This document shows positions 50,001 through 60,562 of a DNA stretch of 64,000 nucleotides, one piece after another. The notes under the pieces were generated by a model that saw only the letters and a program-made list of their open reading frames with translations, did not search any database and had not been told where the DNA came from. Source of the stretch: Tubiluchus corallicola (Eukaryota; Animalia; Priapulida); contig JAQGDQ010002368.1 in assembly GCA_030141605.1 (NCBI GenBank), positions 806,001-870,000 of the forward strand, read 5' to 3'. Made by a program: the position numbers and the translations under genes. The stretch's first letter is position 1. Each line of letters opens with the position of its first letter.

Positions 50001-53000
50001 AGCAACGATAGGACGGGAAAACATCCACCTCAACGAGACCAACGTCATAATTAGCAAGGCAAATGATACCGACTCAACTTTAGCGAATTCAGAGGAACCA
50101 GGTTACCAGCCTATTTTCTAACCAGCACGTGCGTTGCTTAACTGCACTTACCAAGCAAGTGCTGTAATCACTCGACTTTTCACCTGTCCTTATAGTTACT
50201 ATTTAGTTCAGAAGACGTTTATGTCGTAAAGTCGTGGCAGTTGTGTATTAAATTACGGCAAGTTTAAGAATTACAGTACAGATACACAGCCTGTAAGACA
50301 AACCAGCAAATACTGCATTGTAATTAATCAGTAATTCAATAAATGGAAGGTATTTGCTCTAGAAGGTAACTGCAAGCTTAACTGCAACTTGTTTTTCGAG
50401 ATACAAAAATATCAGCGCGTAAAGTCTGCGCTGCATTAATAATGTTTACAGATAAGACGAAGCTTGACCGGGTAAATTTGCTACAGCGAAATTGCGACTG
50501 TTATGGAAGTTACAAAATTAGTACCTGGCTGATCATTCACTCCTGGCGATTGCGCATCATCAGCAAACAGACATCTCAGTTCCGCCAAAATGTAACAGCT
50601 GCCGTGGCTACCTCCTAGTCCTTGTCAAATATTTAATTTGTTAGTTTATTCACGTGGGCGTTTTGAATATCGATGCTTGCGTTTTCCATTACGGTTAATC
50701 TGGTTACGCGTGACGGTTTCCCAGCATCCCTGGTAATTTGAGGATGATACTCTGGAAACCCCTGATGTTTTTATCCAACTAGTCTCTCTCATAAACACCT
50801 GCAGGTGTACCTACCGCTACATTTGACAAGCTTTAATGCATTTGACGTGAAGTGAAACACTTTAAAAACAGCAATTTCTTTTCTAAAACGAGGAGCATTC
50901 TCGCCAATTAAGGTATTACCTGCCTGGGATTGACTGCCTGGGGACACCTGTTGCTTATCTACATTTGAAGTACCATTTGTCCAATCCGGTCATTGTTACC
51001 TGTGCAGTGATCTGTGCAAGAACGGTTTCTCTGTCATCTGTGTTGTAGGTAAACAGATTTAGAGAAAATTCGACGTCTAAACAGACAAGATGCGTTACAT
51101 ACCTGCCTAATTGACGATAAACTGTTAGTAACTTGAAAATTCGTTAAAAATCAAAAAATGTTAACTGATGTGAAAACAGTTTTTTAAATAATATGCGCCA
51201 TTATAGAAGAATTCAGCTAGCAGAAGCTAACAGAGAATGAAATGACAGGCAGAAAACAGAAAGAAAGAGATATACAGACAGACAGAAAGCAGACAGTTAG
51301 AGGGAGGAAAAAGCACTGAGACAGAGAGAGAGAGAGGTCGAGATAAGAGAGAGATAGTTAGCGACAGGTGAAGACAAAAAGAGACAGGGAGACGGGCACA
51401 GAGAGAGGGGATGGGAGGAATTGGAGGGCCAAAGGAGACAGTTATGCCTTCACAGCAATTGCTGCACTTGTCAGAGAAAAGTACAAGTGTCATTAAAATC
51501 TCGCAGTAATGTAATATGGCTTGTGTTTTAGTGAAAGTATAGCAAAACTCTACTTGGATACACGATGCTGCCATTAATTTGACGTCAAACATATTGGTCT
51601 AGCGCTCCGCCTCCGCTGTAACGTAAGCACGCTCAGCGGCATTCGGCACAACAGCTCACGCTGGACAACAACTGTCTCAACTAAACTAAACTAAACTAAA
51701 CTAAACTAAACTAAACTAAACTAAACTAAACAGCATAACGGTCACAACTAATGTCTAATCAGCAGATAAACTCATTGTACTTTTTTATAAACACAAATTT
51801 GCAGAGCAGCAGCTAATTTTACACGAAATTAACACTTCAAGTAGCCAAAAATGACTTATCAGTTTAAACATAATATAGAGACGAAGTTTCAAAGCCCTAC
51901 AAAATAAAGAGACATAAGTATAATGAAGAAACTAAGCTAGTTAGTCTTGCTTTACAATAAATGAACAACAAAAATATTAAGTCTCTCTTGCCTTTGAATA
52001 TACGAACATCATTCATGCCTACTATGTCTTTTTTTCCTACATTAACTGATTATGTGCTCGTCTGCAAGATTTATTTAGTTTTTGTATTTTTCCGTTTGGT
52101 AGGCTAAGGAAAATGGAACAAATTTGATTGTTCCATTCCATAGACGACCCTTATATTGAATGCCCGAGTTACATAATCCCAATGGCATCTTCAAACCATG
52201 ATTATAACCAGAAAAGTAGTGTAAAATTAACTAATATTATATTGATTTATGATATAGATTTTGACCACATTTAAATTAACTCTGACTGCGAAGATCTCAT
52301 TGAGGTTTATAAAAACTGGGCGGAAAAGAAAACATTTTGTTTTGTCCTAATTTAAAGTTAATCATATACCGTAAAACGGGGTGAGTTCGCCACCCGAGGG
52401 TGAGTTCGCCACCCCTTACGTATTGGCCATTGTAGGTTTGCTGTAACTATTGTTCAGTGTTTAATGAACAGATATCATGATCACCGTCATTATAAGCAGT
52501 TTACGACAGTTATCTTCTTTCAATTCGCACTAGAAGTATTCCATTCTGCGCTACATATTATTTGTCTACTATTTCTTGCTACTTAACATGCCACGCACCT
52601 GCACCCCTGTACCGGGTCATAGATACCAAAATTATACCCCAGAAGCTCTGGAAGCTGCCCTACATGCCGTCAAGAATACCAACAGGACAATCAGCCCAGC
52701 GGCGAGGCAATTCGGAGTTCCAAGAAAGACCCTTTCTGACAAACTCTCAGGAAGTCATCCCCGGAAGACCGGAGGTCAGCCAGTGTTCTCCGCCGCCGAG
52801 GAGCACGAAATCGCCAACACTCCCAGTGGCCGCTGAGTGGGGGTTCCCAATGGCTGCCATCGATCTCCGACTAGTGATTAAGAGTGTTCTTGACGCGAAG
52901 GGAATCCAGGAACGACGATTCAAGGCAAACACCCCTGGAATAGACATTGTCAAATCATTCGCCCGAAGGAACAATCTGGTTTTCAGAGTGGCTGGCAACA

Positions 53001-56000
53001 TCAAGGGCGCCCGCGTGAAGATCAGTGCAGAAGACGTTCAAGCCTTCCTTGCCAATGTAGAAGTTTCTATTTGAAAACTAAAACTAGACATTTTTTATAA
53101 TTTTTTCATAGGGTGGCGAACTCACCCCCAACCAGCCAATCACAACCAGTTAATTTCAGCTGCCTAGAATGGCATTAAACAGTGTTAAATTGTTAGTGGC
53201 GAATTCACCCCACGATAGTGTTTTATTCGAAGGGCAATATAAAGCTTGAACTAAGAAAATCGGTTTGGTAATTCTCTTGCTATGGCAGGAAACGTAAAAA
53301 AATACCCTTAAAAAGTGGCGAACTCACCCCGTTTTACGGTAGTTGTTTTTATCTAACTTGCAAAGCCGTGAAGTAAACTAAACTGCGTATTTTCTTGACT
53401 GTAAAATGATTTAGTCAGCAACTCACAGACGTTAAACGTTGTGCGTTTCTTCCCATAAACGAAACTAAACTATATATTTTCACTAATTCATTTGCAATTT
53501 CAATTGACAATAATAAAATCTAGAACCAGGCCAATATTTCTCCCACTGACTAATGAAAAGTTGAGCATTTTTCATAACAGTGTTAGACGCAGCTTTAGCT
53601 CAATGTCCCGAACGTACCTGCGTTATTTAAACTCTGCAGGTGTGTGAAATAAATTGCACGCTGATTGGACGATTAACGAAAATGATTGACAATACGTTAG
53701 ATGTCAATTCCTTAATGATACATGCAAGTGTGTGCCTCGGTCCCACCACTGTCTTTCCATAATAGTGTAGCTACGATTTTTGTCCCTCGGAGCTATAATA
53801 AATGCAATATGCTATATGCCTTTGATTATATTAACCTTTGACGTAAAAACCTGTCTAATGGACGAATATCCGTATCCGCGTTCATGGTTTCTTCATTATC
53901 TAACTTGTGCTTTATTAAATCCGGCTTTAATCCTGTATATTGTTTTTACGAATTGAATGGAAAGTTTATTTTAAGCGACACAAATACTGTTTTTCAAACT
54001 GCGTAAGCAGTGGTAATAACCTAACATACAAGCTACTTGTCGCAAACATACCTACTTTAGATCCTTTATACAGAACATAAATAAAGACACACGCATACCT
54101 TTAGTTATTTATAGTGTAACAAACTAACTCCTCCAGGTTTCGCCAAGTTTATTGCAGGTGTCATTTGGGATTTTTGAAGGTTTGTCTAACAAATTGATCA
54201 CCACTTTAGTTTTCAAGACTCAACGGAATACCTAGCTCATGAAAGTGTAATTTTGATTCTAACAATACTTTCCCTATAATATATTTAACTGCAGTGCCAG
54301 TCAGCAATAACAGTGACGGGCTTTATTCTATCACCTTGATGTTTTAAACAAACCTTCTTTCGGGCTCTTTGTATGTCATGATAAATATAACCGTATTTGT
54401 GTTTTCCTAGTTCTATAGTTTGGAATGCAAGTGTTATTTGGCTGAATTTCCGATATGACCCCAGTTGAGATTATTGTGGCCCGTTTCCTGTACAATTCCT
54501 TAACATTTTAAAACTACAACCCAGACGATTGCTTGAATACCCTTTGCAATCCGAAAAATCTCTGCACTAACAATCGAGTTGAAAGTTTGACAGAGTTACT
54601 CCAGCATATATTGCATTAATCTACCTTATAACAGCATGCTGAAAGACGGCAGTATGTTTAAGGATGACTATTATAATGTTATGCTGATAATGTAGTTGTT
54701 CAACTTGAGCGATGGAGCGGGGAAAAGCTCTCCAAAAATGTTCTTTGTCCAAAAATGCAGATAATGGCCAATGCAAAAAATTTATTTACTGTCAGTCTCC
54801 ATTCTTCGATTATACAATTTGGGAGCAAGTCTCTGGGGAGGGAGGCTAATTCTGGCTATCGTTACATTACATCACTTAATTTATCCATAAATTCTTGCAC
54901 CGAACTGCTTACAATACCTTGTTATGATTACTGGCATTTTTCATTTCTTATTCTGCACAGAAACTTGAGCGGAAAAAATAAGTGTTAAGTAACGGGAAAT
55001 CAATGCAAAATTGTCGCATAATACCAGGTGTAGCCCTTTTTTATCTTCACGGCATCACGAAACAGTATCAGCTAAACCCATATACATACACCCGAACGTT
55101 GCTTTTTTTGTTCAATACGCGATGAAGAAACGTTACCAACAACGTATATGTGCTAAGTTACTCTTAAGACATTTTCCAAACTGGAGCAAAATAAAACTAT
55201 ATTTTATTTCTGTTACACTGTAGATGTATGGCAAAATCTCGATGTTGGTCATTTGACCAACTATGCGTTTTTATACCGCCCCATACCGTGTCGCAGAAGA
55301 TCAACTCGCCATCTGATGTCCCCGATGCAGTCCTTGTTTACGAACTCTGTGTTTCGAACGCTTGATATTTTTTGTACTTTTTTTAAAAAAAGAAAGATCT
55401 GTTTCCGAGGATACCCTATAGTTTCAGCTAAATAGGTGCTCGTTAGTTGCATGGTTTAGATTAGGAAAATGAATATTAAAGGATGCATTTTAATTATTCA
55501 AAATTTTTCATTTTCTTTATTCTAGGTACACATCTTATCACATTTTATTTTGGATGGTGTGTGCGTACGCTGGCGAGGATGGATAGACTCACAACGATTA
55601 GACGGTATAGGATGGCTTGAACTAGACGAAGAACGAGCGCGAGTAAGTCCCGAAAGCTTATTATAAACTGTGTCGTATTTATTCATTAAGCGTAAAACTA
55701 AATCTACTATTACATGGTTCAGAGAGTGTCACTGATGAAAGCCGCCCATAAAGCAATTTTCATATTCTAAATCAAATACGTCAGCTGATGTTCTATAGCT
55801 AGCTAGACTTCTCTAGAATTATTTATTAGGTAACGATATTTTTAGATGTAAAAGCTTTTACAACATCCATCATTAAACGTTGTAGCTGGTTCAGCATAAA
55901 CGAGTTTTTGTCGTTAAGGAAATTTGTGAACTTTTTAAATACACATAAAAATTTGTTTATTACTTTTTATATATCACATAGGCCTATACATAAATGTCAT

Positions 56001-57854
56001 GAATTAATCATTTTCATTTTTCCTTTAATTTTCATTGCATTTGTTACAACCTTTACCGAACCTTTCTTTGTTATATATGCGAAATGTCGACCTCCGTTTA
56101 ATAATGTCCATCTGTTTAATAACACTTCAAGAAAATACAAACAGAGAGGTGATAATAGGTGAATATAGAGCTGAGGAAGTTTCAATGGTTCATCTTATAT
56201 CACAGTTCAACATATTTAGCTGCGATAATTACTGTATAACAATTAAACGCTCTTTATTTTGCATAACGTCATTACTTATTTGACTTTCGTTATCATTATT
56301 TTGATCAATTCATCTTAGTCAAAATTCAACAGGTGTGCTAAAAACGATACAGCCATCTGCGATATAATGGTTAGCTTCGCTTGCGATTAGATCATCAAAT
56401 TACAGGTATTCATTTGAAATCGGCTGAATTATATAAGAGACCTTTGTATCTGGGGTTGTCACCAGCTCGTTGCTAACAACGAAAATGAATACGATTTAAA
56501 CTAATTAAACAAAGTGCGCGTGCCGGTACCTTAGAAGTAATCCATTGTTATACCGCGGTGTGACGGTTGTGTTTTGGTTACCATTCACAAGCCACTATTC
56601 AATTAACAGTGTTGCGGAGTTATAATATTTATGAAATACACTGTAAAACGTATTACCATCCAATCAATAGAAATGTCTCAAACTTGACTCGCGAGTAAAA
56701 ATTTACGATTTTTTTAAATATGGGAATTGTGATAAAAGCGCGTGAGCATGAATTTATAGGCAAACAAAGTATACATCAATTTTTTGGTAATTGCAAAAAT
56801 TGTAAACACACAAGTATAATGTCAGTATAGCCCAACCAAAACACAAATTTAGTATGAAAACAAAATTGATTAAATGCATTACTACTATAGTGACTACACT
56901 TCCTTTTCAGAATGAAGACGTGATATTACAGGAACAAGTAGAACAATACAACAGACGTTTACGAGAGTTTGAAGAACGACATAGAACTTATAAAGAAGAA
57001 CAAAAATTAGTAAGTTTCAATGTTTCAGCAAATTAAGCTACTGCCTATTTGTATTTTGACATTATTTGGAGGTGAAAAGTTGAGTAACTACGATATGCGC
57101 ATATAGCGAATGAAGTTAAACAATGCCGAGCTTGGTTAACGAATGGGTGGCAGCCGAGAAATATGTTTCTGGGACGTTTTGCCTACCATATTGCTCTGGC
57201 TGTTTATATTCCTGACCAGTGGTGCGTTACTTTCTGAACTCCGTTATGTGAGGTGCACCTCTATCGAATCTGATGTTTTTTAAACAGTTCAGAACGAATT
57301 GTGTATCGGATTTCGCATTTAACTGTAGATATATGCTCAACCCAATGGCTGCTTAAACTTTCAGATTTCTCTAAACCTTTACTTACTTTTACAAAATGTT
57401 TTCCTGTGACAAGTTTATAATATAGTATGAGCAAAAAGTCATCATAGTCGAAGCAGAGGCCAGAGAATGACATTTGCAACCTGAAATAAACTGGGATTGG
57501 TGCCCACTGCCCATACATTAGAGGAGCGTCTAACTCTGAGTCACCACGATGCAGTGTCCGTCTGGGAGGAAATGAGATACTCTTTTGCTAGAAAGTCAGT
57601 GACTCAGACTTCAAAAAGTAAACTGTTGCCCTTGTGTAGGTAGTGAAGGAGTGGCCTAATACATGTATATCCTTACTCTACGTTCCATGTAAACGGTAGA
57701 GATTAAGACGTTACTTAATTTCGAATAAACACACAACGTTTGCGTCTTGTGCATTACATTTTACAAAGTTATTTTATCTTTTTTTCAGTTAACAGTTCCC
57801 GAATCAGACATAAGAAAAATGGAACTGGAAGGCAGCGAAAGCGACAGCAACTGA
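47020..57854 (+). CDS. CBFB: Core-binding factor subunit beta (Brother/Big brother ortholog; Runx heterodimer partner), 6 exons
   Basis: Exons 47020 (or 47068)-47145 MPRVVPDQRTKFEQEEPFKRLSRESE; 48011-48097 VRYTAFRDRPHEER...GHAEI; 48223-48339 AFVTSGTNLELWF...EHGK; 55526-55642 VHILSHFILDGVCVRWRGWIDSQRLDGIGWLELDEERAR; 56911-57009 NEDVILQEQVEQYNRRLREFEERHR...; 57789-57854 (TGA; last exon less certain). All introns are phase 0 and GT-AG. Collinear with human CBFB. Confidence 0.95.
51230..51440. repeat. Degenerate GA/GACA-rich low-complexity tract
   Basis: Purine-rich decayed (GA)n/(GACA)n repeats. A similar tract lies at ~41625-41690. Confidence 0.7.
51679..51730. repeat. (AACTA)n pentanucleotide microsatellite, about 10 units
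   Basis: Directly visible perfect repeat. Confidence 0.95.
52369..53339 (+). mobile_element. Internally deleted pogo-family DNA transposon (971 bp) in CBFbeta intron 3
   Basis: TA at 52367-52368 and 53340-53341. Perfect 25-bp TIRs CCGTAAAACGGGGTGAGTTCGCCAC. Extra subterminal GGGTGAGTTCGCCAC copies: one left, two right. Confidence 0.93.
52588..53074 (+). pseudogene. Truncated, frameshifted pogo transposase (HTH-psq plus CENP-B-type HTH; DDE domain deleted)
   Basis: MPRT...YTPEALEAALHAVK...ISPAARQFGVPRKTLSDKLSG (psq HTH), a frameshift near 52820, then AAEWGFPM...DLR...RFKANTPG.DIVKSFARRN (CENP-B HTH). Ends before any catalytic domain. Confidence 0.85.
57112..57160 (+). mobile_element. Possible 5S-rRNA-derived SINE/pseudogene fragment in CBFbeta intron 5
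   Basis: GAAGTTAAACAATGCCGAGCTTGGTTAACGAATGGGTGGCAGCCG loosely matches the 5S internal control region (GAAGCTAAGCAGGGTCGGGCCTGGTTAGTACTTGGATGGGAGACCG). Confidence 0.3.
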
Positions 57855-58315
57855 CAGTAACTGACCGCGTAGTGTGTACATATAGCCCTTTACAATCACT
57901 ACATAGAAATGTTGGACAGCGTGTAACAGTTACTGATGGTTACTAGTACGTGGCATACAATTTAATTTAACCGTTCCATACTACAATTGTGATTTTTTGT
58001 TTCTGTAATAAACTGAATTGCCACTTCTTTAACTATAAGTGTAACAGTGCTATGTCACTGACATATAAAAAAATAACATGACATTCAGATATTCACATGC
58101 CAAACTAGTATAGCAAAGTGACAGCGATCAATTTACAGTCACTGGTCGCTACCACATAGAAATGTTGCACAGCGTCTAACAGTTGCTGATTTTTGCTAGT
58201 ACATTGCGTGCTACTTAACTTAACCGTTCCACATTATAATTACATGATTTTTGCCCGTTTAACTGTAAGTGTATCACATATCAAAAATGTCATTCTGATA
58301 TTCATATGCCAAAGT
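57834..58315 (+). repeat. Diverged tandem duplication (~275-bp first unit, ~200-bp second unit) spanning the CBFbeta stop codon and 3' UTR
   Basis: ACATAGAAATGTTGGACAGCGTGTAACAGTTACTGAT (57901) versus ACATAGAAATGTTGCACAGCGTCTAACAGTTGCTGAT (~58154). TTAACCGTTCCA and GATATTCAYATGCCAAA also occur in both units. Confidence 0.85.
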
Positions 58316-60544
58316 AAACTAAGCTAAAGACTAAGTATTTCTAGGCCTCTTTCTAACTTTGTGTTTACATGACAAATTGAGCATCACACGAAAAAGTGTA
58401 GTAGTATGCTGCAGCAAAGTTCAATAAGTGTAAAACACTAAGAAAGTACTGTTACTAGGCTCTACTGAAGTCGCAATTTTACAGTATACGCATATACTTT
58501 AGCAGCATAAGTTAAAAGCATTTGTTGTAATCAGCTATACAGAACTTTTATTTAATTAAGCAGGATAAATCCAGAATGAATGTCTTTTGTCTTGCCATTG
58601 CGCCAAAGTGAGATATACATGTATTTGTAATATGTAAATGTGCTAAAAAGCAGTTATTAATTTATTCCCGCGCCAAAATTCGAGCGATTTTACAAACTTT
58701 TTGAAATTGTTTTGCCAAAAACTGATAGTTGTGAGAATTTATTTCTGTGTGAAACTTCTCAACCACGAAACAGAAAACAGGAACGCTGTCAAATTATAAT
58801 TTATATGAAGTCTGTAATTCCCATAACAATTGTGTTTTGATAGTGACCATTTACTTTCATACAAGAAAATAATGGAATATTCTTCTTAACTCTTGGTCTG
58901 TGGACCTGTAGCAGCCCGAAAAAATATAGTGGTCTACTTAAACAATTTACCAAAAATTTCATCTGTATGCAAAAATCTAGCAATCGCACATTATTATGAT
59001 TTCTATGCGGTATTTCTCAGTATTTCAAACACTGTAAATCGGTTTTTAATTACTGGTATTCAACCGAAATTTACATCACGTTTTCATCACCGCATTTACT
59101 TACAAGTTGTAAGTAACCTCGAGGTCTCACACGACTTTTCTGCTAGAACATGTAACGTTTACCATGTGATTATAGTTATTATTTATTATTTAAATTTCTA
59201 TTTGAATGAATGATGATAAATTGTATTATGTTCTTCAGCATGTATGATTATGAACTTTCAAACTTTAAGCTGACAACTAAAGTAAGTGAAAAGAGTGCGT
59301 CACAAATTCACAGTTTTAAATAATTATTTCTGTGTGGGCGTCTGTCAAACCCGTGGATGTAGTATTTGGATTATCTTGCAACTTAGCATCTTCTCACTTT
59401 GCAGTGAAAAACCTAAAGTCTCCATAGATAGTAATGGGGGGCTTTCTGAAATTAAATCAAAAGATATTTCATAATAACTACGCGCTTATTATTATAGTAT
59501 ATTACAGTGTTATGCAGAGATGCACACCGAACTAAATATTAAGTTGTAGTATTTCTCCTGTTCGCTACATAGGTTTTTCACTTGTTCTCACAATCACTTA
59601 ACATGTTGCACTGTAAATTTGCCTTTTATTTGCACAAATAATTGTGTTGTTCTTAAGAGCACAAAAATGCGTAAAAAATTTGTGGTTTATTTAATATATA
59701 GATAAAAAATTTATATATTAATTTGCTGCAAATATCAAAAGTGTATAGAATTTTTACTTATGAGAAATTCCCGGTACAAAATGCAGGCATTAGCTATATA
59801 CAACTTCAATGTTCCATGACATTTTTTGTACGTGTATCTATATCTATTTATATCATAACGTATTATGTAGGTAATTGTTATATTCGTTGCTATAATGTTA
59901 TTGATTTGTTTAATTTGTTTAGTTGTCTTGACGTAAGATCATAATGTTGCTTTTAGTACTATACAGTTGTACCTCAGTTTTACGTAGATTTGTATCGTGA
60001 ATTCGTTTAGCTAACTTTTCGCTACATGAGTTTCAAGCTGGCATAACGTGAATGTATTCGAATACGCCGTTTTCTGCATGGTGAGCCAGTCGATGTTGGT
60101 AATGATATTTCAGTAAACTTCTACATAAAACGTTCAGAGAATGGATCGTAACAATTCAGTTTCAAGAAATCATAGTGACGAAAGTCATTAAACTTGCTAA
60201 GGGAAAGTCCGAAACTATCTGTATAAGTATAAAGGATTCAGAAATAGACGTAACTTTGTAAATTAATTTTCAGAAGAAAAATGTGAAACGGTCCCTATTT
60301 TGGTTAGTGCAAGCCTAAAATCGCCAGCTATTCTCCAGAACTTTTGGTAACAATTCTGTAACGGGTGAACAAAATTTTTATTAAAATTTGTGCACTGAAG
60401 GAACTCACTTTTTCACCCATTTGAGCGTGAAGTTCATTTCCCCACAGCAAATGCCAAACAGTACATTCTTCACATTGTTCTTATTCGCCCGTCTTGTTTA
60501 TCTTCATTGACAAAGACTTTCATGCCAAATTAATTTAGCATTTT

Positions 60545-60562
60545 CACACACACACACACACA
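60545..60562. repeat. (CA)9 microsatellite
   Basis: Directly visible. Confidence 0.9.

Noticed and set aside
51227-51592. 121-aa minus-strand ORF in CBFbeta intron 3
   Set aside because: Open only because of the pyrimidine-rich (TC)n low-complexity tract.
59210-59273. C box ATGATGA with D box CTGA (C/D snoRNA-like)
   Set aside because: No convincing terminal stem, no antisense rRNA guide that I can identify, and not clearly intronic.
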